From: Desulfocapsa sulfexigens DSM 10523
GTDB lineage: Bacteria; Desulfobacterota; Desulfobulbia; Desulfobulbales; Desulfocapsaceae
NCBI RefSeq assembly: GCF_000341395.1
Contig: NC_020304.1
Span: 2,250,001 to 2,282,000, forward strand
Direction of reading: 5' to 3'
DNA: 32,000 bases
The notes below the pieces were generated by a model. The model searched no databases. It saw only the letters and a program-made list of their open reading frames with translations, and was not told the origin of the DNA. Of this stretch, positions 18,965-28,783 are shown in pieces (within the stretch, counting starts at the first letter, position 1; every line of letters starts with the position of its first letter). The translations under genes and the position numbers were made by a program.

Positions 18965-20344
18965 CTAAATACGTTTTATTTTGGTAAAGATTTTTTTTAG
19001 ACCATTTTTGTGGAGTAAAATTGAAACTTGCTGGAGGAGTCGTTGGGGCCTTGTGTAAAATTTGAGATAGGCTTGAGATTTCAACTGCTCAATTTTTCTG
19101 GGGAGGACATTCATATGTTCAGGAGAATAATTACAAGCACGATAATAATCAAAATCAGTAAATTGACCTGAAAGCAACTTTTTTTCACTTGCATAGAGAT
19201 GTGTTCCTGGGAAAGGAGTCAAAATACTGAAGGAGACATCATCTATGGGAAGCTTGCATGCAAAACGAATTGTCTCTTGTAAGTCGTCGAGCGTTTCAGA
19301 TGGATGTCCAAGGATAAAATATCCCTGTACCTTCAACTTGAGTTTTTTTGCAATATTCACAGCTTCTATGATCTGTTTGGTGCTGATTTTCTTATTATAG
19401 ACAGTGCCTAGTAATCTGTCGGAGGAAGATTCCATGCCGATGTTTATCTTTCTTAATCCAGCTGCATACATTTTTTCTAAAAGTGCAGCGTCTATATTGT
19501 CGGCTCGTAAATTACAGCACCATCTGAAGTTCATTTCACTCTCGATTAACAGTGAACAGATTCTTTCTGCCCAGACTTTATCTATCATGAATGTGTCATC
19601 TTCAAACATAAACGCATTTATGGAGTATCTCTTTTTTAATAAGTGTAGTTCTTCAATGATGTTCTCGGGCGCCCGCTTCCTGATTTTTTTGCCAAACAGG
19701 TTTGTTAATGTTGGCTGACAAAAACTGCAATTGTAGGGACATCCACGAGATATGATAAGGGATGTTCCTGTAAGGTTTGGAGACACGGTGTCCATACTGT
19801 TCCATATCTTAATATATTCCGACATATTAAAATGGGATCGGTCGGGTGCGGGGAGGCTGTCGATGTCAGTATAGGTCGACCTGCGTTCGTTGGAGATAAT
19901 CTGGCCATTCTCTCTGTATATTAAATTGGCTACTTTTGCAGGAGAATCCAGATTTATCAGTAATTCATAAAATGCCTCTTCACCTTCTCCCTGTATTACC
20001 ATGTCAACGTGAGGATCAGACATGCAGAGTTCTGGAAGAACTGTCGGGTGTGGTCCACCAAAGATGATTTTGGCTGATTGATCCTTTGATTTTATTAAGG
20101 CGGCCATTTCATGTGCATCACCCGCCATAGTTGTCATCACCGAAAAACCAATCAGAGTATATTGGGAGAAGTCATAGGAAGAAATATTTTTGTTGTTTTC
20201 TGTCTCAAAAGTGGCGTCATAGACATCAATAGAGAGATCGGGGAGCTTCATTTTCAGGAATGAAATAATGGATCCCAGTCCCAGAGGAGGCTGTCCTGAC
20301 GGATATTTAAAGCGTGGATAAATCAGGAGTATTTTCATGGTCAA
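18965..20344 (-). CDS. B12-binding domain radical SAM protein
   Basis: 'LLIYPRFKYPSGQPPLGLGSI...IIFGGPHPTVLPE...DMVIQGEGEEAF', radical SAM motif 'SRGCPYNCSFCQ', 'MFEDDTFMIDK'. Confidence 0.93.
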   Translation of the reverse strand: MTMKILLIYPRFKYPSGQPPLGLGSIISFLKMKLPDLSIDVYDATFETENNKNISSYDFSQYTLIGFSVMTTMAGDAHEMAALIKSKDQSAKIIFGGPHPTVLPELCMSDPHVDMVIQGEGEEAFYELLINLDSPAKVANLIYRENGQIISNERRSTYTDIDSLPAPDRSHFNMSEYIKIWNSMDTVSPNLTGTSLIISRGCPYNCSFCQPTLTNLFGKKIRKRAPENIIEELHLLKKRYSINAFMFEDDTFMIDKVWAERICSLLIESEMNFRWCCNLRADNIDAALLEKMYAAGLRKINIGMESSSDRLLGTVYNKKISTKQIIEAVNIAKKLKLKVQGYFILGHPSETLDDLQETIRFACKLPIDDVSFSILTPFPGTHLYASEKKLLSGQFTDFDYYRACNYSPEHMNVLPRKIEQLKSQAYLKFYTRPQRLLQQVSILLHKNGLKKIFTKIKRI

Positions 20345-21084
20345 GGCTTACGCAACAGGGACTTGATTTTGAACTTAAATAAATCAAACCCAACATTGAT
20401 CGGATCGCTTAGCGGGCGAAATTTTGAATCAAAATTGTTTTCCCAGGTTATGGGTACTTCTTTTATACGATACTTTCTCTTTTTTGCGATACAGAGGAGT
20501 TCTGGGTCAAAACCAAAACGGCATATTGTCAGTTCAGGAAATATTTGTTGGGCGCATTCTGCTGTAAAGGCCTTAAATCCACATTGGGAATCTTGAATAT
20601 CTGGCAACAGGAGCCATCTGACAATATATCCAAAGAGTTTGCCCATCCGGTCTCTGACAAAATTCTGTGGGATTGTTTTTTGAGAGTTGGCCAGTGCACG
20701 CGATCCAATTGCTATATCATAATCTTCTTTCAGAAGAGCTTGTGCCATCTTTTCATACTCATCTATAGGAGTAGACAGGTCTGCGTCAGTAAAGAGGCGT
20801 ATTTCTCCGTTTGCATGGAGCATTCCCCGTTTAATTGAATACCCTTTGCCCCTGTTTTTGCTGTTCTGAAGAATCGTAATGGGGACAGATTGTGAAGAGC
20901 ATTCTTTTTGCAGAATAGACAGCGTATTGTCTTTTGACCCATCATCAACGATGATGAGTTCAATCCTTATTGGGCGCTGGGAAAAATACGTGCTGATATC
21001 TTGAATGGTTTGTTGAATTCGATTTTGTTCATTGTATGTCGGGATGATCACGCTTAACAAGTAGTTGTCTTCTTTGATAAACAT
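20341..21084 (-). CDS. Dolichyl/polyprenyl-phosphate glucosyltransferase-like GT2 (ALG5-like)
   Basis: 'LLSVIIPTYNEQNRIQQTIQDI...IIVDDGSKDNTL...NSKNRGKGYSIKRGML...LFTDADLSTP...IGSRAL...DSQCGFKAF'. 4-nt ATGA overlap with the downstream radical SAM gene. Confidence 0.93.
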   Translation of the reverse strand: MFIKEDNYLLSVIIPTYNEQNRIQQTIQDISTYFSQRPIRIELIIVDDGSKDNTLSILQKECSSQSVPITILQNSKNRGKGYSIKRGMLHANGEIRLFTDADLSTPIDEYEKMAQALLKEDYDIAIGSRALANSQKTIPQNFVRDRMGKLFGYIVRWLLLPDIQDSQCGFKAFTAECAQQIFPELTICRFGFDPELLCIAKKRKYRIKEVPITWENNFDSKFRPLSDPINVGFDLFKFKIKSLLRKP

Positions 21085-21450
21085 AAGTTTACTGTGGGCA
21101 CAGTGGCTCGCTCATTGTGTTTTCTTCTGATACTCTTATGTCTTGCCTGGTTGCTATTATGGCTGTGCTGTAAGGGGAAATGTGTACATAAAGTAGAAAG
21201 TTTATCCCACGTGAGAGGGGATTGCAAATATCATATGGTCTACACTGCCGAAACATTGGCAGAAAGTTGCTTCTGAAGTATGTTTTCATTGTCTGTATTT
21301 CTAACTTCAGCTTTCTTTACTGGTTGAATCTGGTATTTTTGTTTTTAGGTGATTGTTGATTAGTACTCTGAGTTTGCAGATGGTCAATATGCTAACTTTA
21401 TTCTCATTTTTTAGTCAAAGAATAGTATTCTTGGTCATAGATTATTTTTT

Positions 21451-23184
21451 ATGGATGTAAGCACTAAACATAAAGTTTTGCTTCTGGTCATTATATTTCT
21501 TGTGTATCTTTCAGCACACTGGAGTGGTGTTCGTTCGCAATATGTAATCAATGATGATGTCAGACAACAGATTTATTGGATGCAGAAGTGGCAGGATCCT
21601 GATTTGTTTGAGAATCATTATCTAACCGAATACGCAAAACAGTATGTTCCGTGGGGGGTTAAAGTAATATACCGGGCAGCTTCTTATTTTATAAATCCCG
21701 TTCAATTCAGTAAAGTTCTGAGTGGACTACTTTTTTTAATGACGGCTGGCAGTCTCTTTCTTCTCGCTTCCCGGCTCGGTGATGAGTTGACTGGAGTTGT
21801 GACAGTTTGTGTTTTTTTGTATTTTGGGTTTTTCCTGGGTGCTGTTTCCGGTGGCCTTTCCAGAGGCTTTGTTTTTCCACTGCTTATTCTGTATCTCTTT
21901 TTTCTGTCCGGCAATGAAGTGTTTCGTGCTGGTATCGTTATAATGGTACAAGCATTGTTTAATCCCTACCTCTGTCTTTTATGTCTCGTCACACATAGCT
22001 TATTTCTACTTTGCACTCAGTGGTTCTGCCATTTTCCTAGATTGAGGGATGTGTCATGGTTAAACATAAGCAGCGACAGACGAGAACGGTCACAAATCCC
22101 CATAGGGCATTTACTGCTGTCCATAGGACCGGTATGTGTCGGAGTTGTACTCCTGGTCGTGAAATATCGTCTATTCACAGTACCAGATTTTGGGGAAATT
22201 GTTTCGTATGGGGAAATGGTCGGGAATATTGAATATACAGCCGCCGGAAGATATGAAATTATCCCAGTACCATCAATGTTTTTTGAGTGCGTTCGTCCGT
22301 TTATTCAGTTCCCCCCACTTGGAGTATTGAGTGTGATTGCGAGCGTCACAGGGACTCTAATACTTGCTTTTGTTGCTGTGTCAGGGTGGAATAACCAGGC
22401 TGTATACCAACAGATTCAGAGGCTGGAAATTTTTCTTTATCTTCTTTTTGCGTCAGTATTCTTATACTTCCTGGCACGCCTTGTCCTCATGGATCTGTTT
22501 CTGCCAAGTCGCTACATGGAATATTCCTTAACGGTTGTGTATTGTGTATTGACAGGAATGTTTGTTCGTTCAGGCATGGAATATAAGCAGGGAATAAAAA
22601 AGCATACAATCCTGTTGGTAATTTTACTTGTTCTTCTAGGAACGATACGGCTGAATGGTATAGGAATTTACGATTACACAAAGCAGTCATCCTTATATCA
22701 GTTCTTTTTGACAACTCCTAAGAATTGTACTATCGCCGGACACCCTGATATTATGGATAATATAATGACTTTTTCGAAACGAAGGGCTTTTGTCAGCTAT
22801 GAACTCTCTCATACGTGGTATGATCAATACTGGTCAACTATCAAGAGTAGGACATATCAATTCTTTAATGCGTATTATTCCGAAAATCCTGACGAACTAA
22901 GAGATTTTTGCCGAAAACATAAAATTGATTATATGGTGGTTAGAGAAAGCGATTTTCAAGAGAATGGTCTTGGTGGAACGGCCGATTACTTCGAGCCTTT
23001 TGGCACCTATATTCAAGGGCTTTTGAGGGGGAAATCTTCATTTGCCGTGTTTGATGAGACGAATTTCAGGCCAGTGTATTCTCAAGATGGGATTCGTGTG
23101 TTAGCATTTGGAACTGCTCAAGAGCAGGGTTACAATATGTTTGATTTGAGAACCACTGCAGAAAACGAACATCAGGGACTGTAA
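21451..23184 (+). CDS. Polytopic membrane protein, probable glycan-related GT-C-like
   Basis: About ten hydrophobic segments; N-terminal 'YVINDDVRQQIYWMQKWQDPDLF'; soluble C-terminal domain. Confidence 0.6.
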   Translation: MDVSTKHKVLLLVIIFLVYLSAHWSGVRSQYVINDDVRQQIYWMQKWQDPDLFENHYLTEYAKQYVPWGVKVIYRAASYFINPVQFSKVLSGLLFLMTAGSLFLLASRLGDELTGVVTVCVFLYFGFFLGAVSGGLSRGFVFPLLILYLFFLSGNEVFRAGIVIMVQALFNPYLCLLCLVTHSLFLLCTQWFCHFPRLRDVSWLNISSDRRERSQIPIGHLLLSIGPVCVGVVLLVVKYRLFTVPDFGEIVSYGEMVGNIEYTAAGRYEIIPVPSMFFECVRPFIQFPPLGVLSVIASVTGTLILAFVAVSGWNNQAVYQQIQRLEIFLYLLFASVFLYFLARLVLMDLFLPSRYMEYSLTVVYCVLTGMFVRSGMEYKQGIKKHTILLVILLVLLGTIRLNGIGIYDYTKQSSLYQFFLTTPKNCTIAGHPDIMDNIMTFSKRRAFVSYELSHTWYDQYWSTIKSRTYQFFNAYYSENPDELRDFCRKHKIDYMVVRESDFQENGLGGTADYFEPFGTYIQGLLRGKSSFAVFDETNFRPVYSQDGIRVLAFGTAQEQGYNMFDLRTTAENEHQGL

Positions 23185-23188
23185 GTAT

Positions 23189-24457
23189 ATGTTGGAGTGG
23201 CTAGCCGAACTGAAAAGATCAGAAAAAGTTGTGTGGATTCTTTTTAGTTTTACATGCTTTCAGCTTGTGACAAAGTTTCCCAATATTACATTGATACCAG
23301 GAGAACGGGCAAAGGTCTTTTCTGGTATACTCTGCTTGATCACTTTCCTCTATCTCCTGCTAATAAAAAAAGATTCTCTTCATCTGGACCGGGAATGGGG
23401 TGTCTGTATTATTCTTGCATTGTTATGTGTTTGTAGCGGAATTGCCAGTGGGGAACCAACCTCTCCTTTGTGGCGAGGCTTGACTGTCCTTTCTTCAGGG
23501 ATTGGTGGCTTTTGGTGTGGAAGGCTGTTGCTAAATACCCCTTCTCGGATTTTCTTGTTTTCTAAACTATGTCTTATTCTTTTAACATTACTTCTTCTCT
23601 TGGGAATAGGTGGCTATTTTCTGTATGGAAATGTGTTGCACTTAGCAGATATTCATAAACATCCATTCAATAACCTGATTCTCCTGCTCTCTTTTGGTCC
23701 CCTGAGCTTATTGTTCAGAGATGATCGACGGGTGAAGATAATTGGAATCTTTTTTTTACTTGTGAGCTATTATGTCATGTCGCTCAGCTTTGACCCGATA
23801 ATCTGGTTTCCTCCTCTCTTGGTCGTAGGAGCAATGGTGTTTACCAATAAAAGAAGAAAAGGTACTGTCTTTTTTATTACGTTAGCCGTCTTTCTAGCGT
23901 CGACGATTCACTTGTACCAGGTGCCCGGTCTTTTTTTTAACAAAGAGGATATTTCAATTTGGTTTAGGGTGGAGAATTTCTTTTTCTCGACTCACATGGC
24001 ATTACAAAAGCCTCTTCTCGGTATTGGCTTGGTGGCTCCTCGTCTAGAATATCTGGAGGATTATGAGATTGTGTATCCCTATGTCACAAAAGAACAATTT
24101 GCCGAGGTTATTCCAGAAATCAACCGTTCTTCTGAAAATCAATTCTTGACGTTTATGTGTGATCTTGGATTCCCATTTGTTCTCCTCTATTCTTTTTCTG
24201 TTGTGATGTTGTATACAAGACTTTTAAGGTATCTGCGACAGGGGAAGTCTATAGGGATGATCCACCCAGTGGTTTTTTGGGTTCCAATAACTGGCACTCT
24301 CATTCATCTTCAGTTTTATGATGGATTACTTCAGCCTCAACCATGCTGGTTCTTTCATATTCTTCTGGGAATGATATCAGTTCAGAATGTAGCGCCGACA
24401 GGTCAGAATCTCTCTCCTGAAGACGAAAAACAAGGCTCTCCTACAGCCTATGTCTGA
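23189..24457 (+). CDS. O-antigen polymerase/ligase (Wzy/WaaL-like) membrane protein
   Basis: Polytopic, with a late loop 'KPLLGIGLVAPRLEYLEDYEI...SSENQFLTFMCDLGFPFVLLY' typical of the O-antigen ligase superfamily. Confidence 0.7.
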   Translation: MLEWLAELKRSEKVVWILFSFTCFQLVTKFPNITLIPGERAKVFSGILCLITFLYLLLIKKDSLHLDREWGVCIILALLCVCSGIASGEPTSPLWRGLTVLSSGIGGFWCGRLLLNTPSRIFLFSKLCLILLTLLLLLGIGGYFLYGNVLHLADIHKHPFNNLILLLSFGPLSLLFRDDRRVKIIGIFFLLVSYYVMSLSFDPIIWFPPLLVVGAMVFTNKRRKGTVFFITLAVFLASTIHLYQVPGLFFNKEDISIWFRVENFFFSTHMALQKPLLGIGLVAPRLEYLEDYEIVYPYVTKEQFAEVIPEINRSSENQFLTFMCDLGFPFVLLYSFSVVMLYTRLLRYLRQGKSIGMIHPVVFWVPITGTLIHLQFYDGLLQPQPCWFFHILLGMISVQNVAPTGQNLSPEDEKQGSPTAYV

Positions 24458-24493
24458 GTAATGTGTTATCAGTGATACTTTAAAATAAACTGT

Positions 24494-25720
24494 GTGTATA
24501 CAATGACGAAAAAAAGACGTGCGGCAGTATCACTGGACGCCATACTAAAGGGAGCGCAGATTCTGCTACCGCATCCTCGTATTGGATTGAAGCTGGCCAG
24601 GATTGAAGCGGAAAAGAAATTCTTTCCTTTTCTGAACCCTAAAAGAAAAAGTGGCTATGCACGAAAAATTCACCAGCTGTCTATACGGATAACGGATTTG
24701 TGCAACCTTCGCTGCCATACCTGCGGCCAATGGGGAGATAATGGTTTTCTCCATGGATGTAATCCGGGCGAGCTTAAAGGAAGAGAAGTTTCAGGAAAAA
24801 GATATCTTGAGATCTTTGATGATCTTGTGCATCATGGACACCGGCCAAATGTTTATATATGGGGAGGCGAACCCACCATGTACGTTTCACTTCTCGATAT
24901 CCTCTATGGTGCCACTGAAAGGAAAATGCCTGTATCCATTGTTTCAAACGGCCATAGGATTGCCAGTATGGCTGAGGAGTTGATTAAGAGCCGTTTATAT
25001 CTTCTGCAGCTGTCAATAGATGGCCACAATGGTGATGTGCACAATGGACTTCGGCCATCAGCTGGAAAAGGTGATGCATTTAATGATATCCTCAAGGGGC
25101 TGCAGGCAGTCTACGAATGTAGAAAAGGTCGTCCTGGTTTACCGATTGTGGCCTCACTCACGGTGATTTCCAAGCAGAACATGCATCATCTCGTAGATAT
25201 CTATCATCGTTTTAAGAAGTATGTGGATATTTTTGTCTTTTATCCTTCATGGTGGATTAACCATGAACAGGCGGAACGACATGAGACTGACTTTAGTGAA
25301 CGTTTTGGGTTTCAACCAAAACTTCACCGGGGATGGATAGGCAGTTGGAAACCTGATGAGTACCAAACCCTCGCAGAACAGATCAAGGAATTAAAATCAC
25401 TTTCTAAATCCTTGTCGGCACCCTCTGTGACCTTTATTCCCGATATCACGACCGTTGCAGATTTGGAAAAATATTACACAGATCATCAGGAAACATTTGG
25501 CTACGATGAGTGTGTCTCTATCTTTCAGGCAGTGGAGCTTGATTCCAATGGCGATATGTCACCCTGTCGAGATTACCATGATTATATCGTTGGTAATGTA
25601 AAAGAGAAAACTATTACAGAGTTGTGGAATTCAGAAAGGTATCGGGACTTCCGTGCAAGCCTTCAGAGGGATGGCCTTATGCCGGTATGCTGCCGTTGCT
25701 GCGGTTTGATGGGATATTAA
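24494..25720 (+). CDS. Radical SAM protein with SPASM-like C-terminus
   Basis: 'SIRITDLCNLRCHTCGQWG' (CxxxCxxC), 'YIWGGEPTMY', C-terminal Cys cluster 'MSPCRDYHDYIVGNVKEKTITELWNSERYRDFR...VCCRCCG'. Confidence 0.9.
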   Translation: MYTMTKKRRAAVSLDAILKGAQILLPHPRIGLKLARIEAEKKFFPFLNPKRKSGYARKIHQLSIRITDLCNLRCHTCGQWGDNGFLHGCNPGELKGREVSGKRYLEIFDDLVHHGHRPNVYIWGGEPTMYVSLLDILYGATERKMPVSIVSNGHRIASMAEELIKSRLYLLQLSIDGHNGDVHNGLRPSAGKGDAFNDILKGLQAVYECRKGRPGLPIVASLTVISKQNMHHLVDIYHRFKKYVDIFVFYPSWWINHEQAERHETDFSERFGFQPKLHRGWIGSWKPDEYQTLAEQIKELKSLSKSLSAPSVTFIPDITTVADLEKYYTDHQETFGYDECVSIFQAVELDSNGDMSPCRDYHDYIVGNVKEKTITELWNSERYRDFRASLQRDGLMPVCCRCCGLMGY

Positions 25721-25732
25721 GTTATTTTCTCA

Positions 25733-27157
25733 TTAAATATCGATGTCATTTTTTCTCTGTTTGAGGGTGAGTATATTCAATAGCAGCATGGCAATTGTCT
25801 TTGCCTCATGGACGACAAAGGCCATAAAATAATTTCTCAGAAAATAGTTGTTCCAGATCATTTTCAGGTTGAAGTAGGGCTTCAGACATTCAATTTTTTT
25901 TGCCTTGTAGAGTTCGTCACGGCTAAGATATTTAGTTCTTACTACACAGGAAAACCCATTGTACTGTGAGAAATCATCTTTGTTGACAACAAGATCTGCG
26001 GCAAGCATCTCCTCACGTAAAATGGTCTTTGGGTAGGGAGTTATATATTGGACATAAATGGAATCTGGCACCAGGCTGCGAATCTGCTGTAACTGCTTCT
26101 TGATCGACTCTTTGGTGTCGTTGGCGAACCCAACAATAGTACCGGCTATGATTGCCATGTTATGTTTTCTCAGGATGGCTGCTGCCTGCTGGTTGATTTT
26201 GGGGCTGGTTGGTTTTTTAATGGCGCGGAGTACATCTGGATCCATGGATTCAAAGCCGACGAAGATGATTCGGAAGTTCGCCTTATCCATCAGTTCCACA
26301 AGGTCGGGATTGTTGGCCATTCCGGCGGCAGTTACCTGGGTCATGTAGTGCATGTCGTTGAGATTGTTCTCAATTATTGCATTGCAGATGCTTTTGAAAT
26401 GGTCTATTGAGTGAGTGATGTTATCGTCAATGATAAAAACTGACCGTGTACCGTTAGCTTTGATACTTTTTAAATCGGCAACTACTCTTTCGATAGGAAA
26501 GGGGCGGAAGGAGTGACCGTACATATGGGTGATGCAGCAGAATTTGCAGTTGTTTGGGCATCCCCTCGATGTCTCGATAACATCCATTGATTTATCGAGA
26601 ATATTGAAGGAACTGTCCAGGCGACTGCTGCGGTCAGGAAGGGGGAGTTTGCTGATTTCTAAGAGATCTCTCTTGGGATTGTGCACCCAGGAGTCTTGAG
26701 ATCGGTAACTCAAGCCTTTGATAGACTGGAAGTCGGGAGAGGATTGTTCAAGCTCCTTTATTAATGCCGCAAAGGTTATTTCGCCCTCTCCGCGAACAAT
26801 AAAGTCGACGGGTAATCCCGCATCGTTCTCGGTGATCTCTTTGTACATCAAAGTTGCATGATAACCACCAATGACAATTTGTATGTCAGGGTGGGTAGAT
26901 TTTATGTATGCTGCGATTCGCAGGAGGGTATCAAACTGAAAAGTCATGGCACTGAGACCTATTACCTGAGGATTGTAGGTGTTGATTGTCTCGTTTATGG
27001 CTTTTTTTACGCCAGGTTTTTTTAGAATCAGATCCAGTATATGAACATCGTGGCCCTTTACGGAACCGGCGAGGGATGCGAGGGCCAGGTTGGGTAGACG
27101 GCCCACTGTTTCCAATATGTCAGAAGTATCAGGCATTGCAAAAAGAACTATTCTCAT
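25733..27157 (-). CDS. B12-binding domain radical SAM protein
   Basis: 'HVLDLILKKPG...VIGLSAMTFQFDTLLRIA...IVIGGYHATL...DFIVRGEGE', radical SAM motif 'SRGCPNNCKFCCI'. Confidence 0.93.
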   Translation of the reverse strand: MRIVLFAMPDTSDILETVGRLPNLALASLAGSVKGHDVHILDLILKKPGVKKAINETINTYNPQVIGLSAMTFQFDTLLRIAAYIKSTHPDIQIVIGGYHATLMYKEITENDAGLPVDFIVRGEGEITFAALIKELEQSSPDFQSIKGLSYRSQDSWVHNPKRDLLEISKLPLPDRSSRLDSSFNILDKSMDVIETSRGCPNNCKFCCITHMYGHSFRPFPIERVVADLKSIKANGTRSVFIIDDNITHSIDHFKSICNAIIENNLNDMHYMTQVTAAGMANNPDLVELMDKANFRIIFVGFESMDPDVLRAIKKPTSPKINQQAAAILRKHNMAIIAGTIVGFANDTKESIKKQLQQIRSLVPDSIYVQYITPYPKTILREEMLAADLVVNKDDFSQYNGFSCVVRTKYLSRDELYKAKKIECLKPYFNLKMIWNNYFLRNYFMAFVVHEAKTIAMLLLNILTLKQRKNDIDI

Positions 27158-27182
27158 CTTGTTCTCCGGTTCGTGATTTGAA

Positions 27183-28424
27183 TTACATGTTAAATCCAGA
27201 CAGGTCTGGCATTTCCATATGTTCCAGCTCTGTTAATATGGCGGCAATCGTTTTGGCTGCCATGATAAGGTCTTCTTTTTTGTGACTGGCAGTGATTGAG
27301 GCCCGGAGTATTGCTTTACCTGCAGGAACGACGGGAGGAAAAACAGCATGAATGTAAAGTCCATGTTCGTGGCAGATCTTTGCTGCTACAGCAGCCTTCA
27401 TAGGATTACCAACAAAGATGGGAACAATAGAAGTGACCGATTTACCCGCAGGGATGTTTAAAGAATGCAGCGTCTCTTTGAAAATTTTGGTGTTGCTGTT
27501 AAGTCTGTTTACCAGCTTCTGGCGCTCAGTTTCAAATATTTCCAATCCTTTAAGAGCAGTGGCGGCCATGGTCGTTGAGAGTGCAATGGAGTAAATGAAG
27601 CCCCGGGATTCATGGCGCAGATAATTAATCATTTTAGCAGAAGAGACAACATACCCACCTGCGGCAGGAATGGATTTTGAGAGGGTCGCCATGGTGATAT
27701 CGATGTCATCCGGATTGATATTGTAATACTCGCAAATACCACCGCCTGTTTTCCCTAAAACAAACATGGAATGACATTCGTCAACCATAAGATATGCGTT
27801 ATATCTTTTGCAAAGTGCTATGATCTGGGGGAGGTCAGCTGGCTCACCAGACATGCTGAAAATGGCATCAATAATAACAAGTTTTCTTGATGAGTCGGGT
27901 ATGCCGGCCAGTATCTTCTGAAGTCGAGAAAGGTCATGGTGGGGATAGCGCATCAATTTGGCGCTGGAATATCTCCCGCCATCGATCATTGATGCGTGAT
28001 TCATCTTGTCGCAAATAATGTAATCATTTTTGCGCAGGAGACAGGCAATTGTCGAAACATTTGCCAGGTATCCGCTGGTGTAAACAATAGCTCCTTCTTT
28101 TTGGTGCAGTGCAGCAATCTTTGATTCAAGGCGAGAATGAATCTTTGTGCTCCCTGCCAAAAATCGCGAACCACTCATTCCTGTTCCAAATTTCTGGATG
28201 GTGTCTATTGCTGCCTGGTTGATCTGTTGGTGTTTGTTGAGGCCAAGGTAGGAATATCCTCCCAACATTAGCATCTTGTTGTTGTCGGATAGAACCCAGT
28301 CATTTTCAAGCTCTTCACTGATTTCTTTAAACCATGTATAGACGCCGGCAGCTTTTCCCCCTTCTACATCCCAGACTGTTTTGGGTGGGAAGGCTAGAGG
28401 GGAAGTGTTTCTTTTTTGATTCAT
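27183..28424 (-). CDS. PLP-dependent alpha-oxoamine synthase family protein (KBL/AONS/SPT/CqsA-like)
   Basis: 'NYLGL'-type 'GGYSYLGLNKH', 'GTGMSGSRFLAGSTKIHSRLESKIA', 'VDECHSMFVLGKTGGG', PLP-lysine region 'MATLSKSIPAAGGYV'. Confidence 0.92.
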   Translation of the reverse strand: MNQKRNTSPLAFPPKTVWDVEGGKAAGVYTWFKEISEELENDWVLSDNNKMLMLGGYSYLGLNKHQQINQAAIDTIQKFGTGMSGSRFLAGSTKIHSRLESKIAALHQKEGAIVYTSGYLANVSTIACLLRKNDYIICDKMNHASMIDGGRYSSAKLMRYPHHDLSRLQKILAGIPDSSRKLVIIDAIFSMSGEPADLPQIIALCKRYNAYLMVDECHSMFVLGKTGGGICEYYNINPDDIDITMATLSKSIPAAGGYVVSSAKMINYLRHESRGFIYSIALSTTMAATALKGLEIFETERQKLVNRLNSNTKIFKETLHSLNIPAGKSVTSIVPIFVGNPMKAAVAAKICHEHGLYIHAVFPPVVPAGKAILRASITASHKKEDLIMAAKTIAAILTELEHMEMPDLSGFNM

Positions 28425-28783
28425 TAAGTCAATATGTTGAGTTGTTGTGATAGGTTGAATACTGCTCTGTAGAAGACTGGAATAGATTCATTTGGGAAAA
28501 TTCTAACATGAAATCAAAAAAATCCTTAACTATTTTTTATAACAGAAGGGTATGAAGGGGTTTTGATTGGATACATTAATGCTGTGACATGGGTATATTA
28601 AAAGCTGTTAAAGCAGGAATGCCTAATTTTCGACTGACCTCATACAACGAGGATTGTATTGCTTTTTGGTCGAAATTGGAATACGAACACGACAATGATT
28701 TCTCTCTATTTAGTTTGAAACAGGTTGGAAGGGTTTGGAAAAAGAGAGTAATTGCTATGGACTGTGAAAGTGTAGGCCAAAAA

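Noticed and set aside
23931-23938. T8 homopolymer in the Wzy/ligase-like gene as a second phase switch
   Set aside because: Eight Ts in an AT-rich region encoding hydrophobic Phe-rich sequence is not exceptional; a similar T8 occurs in the first gene.
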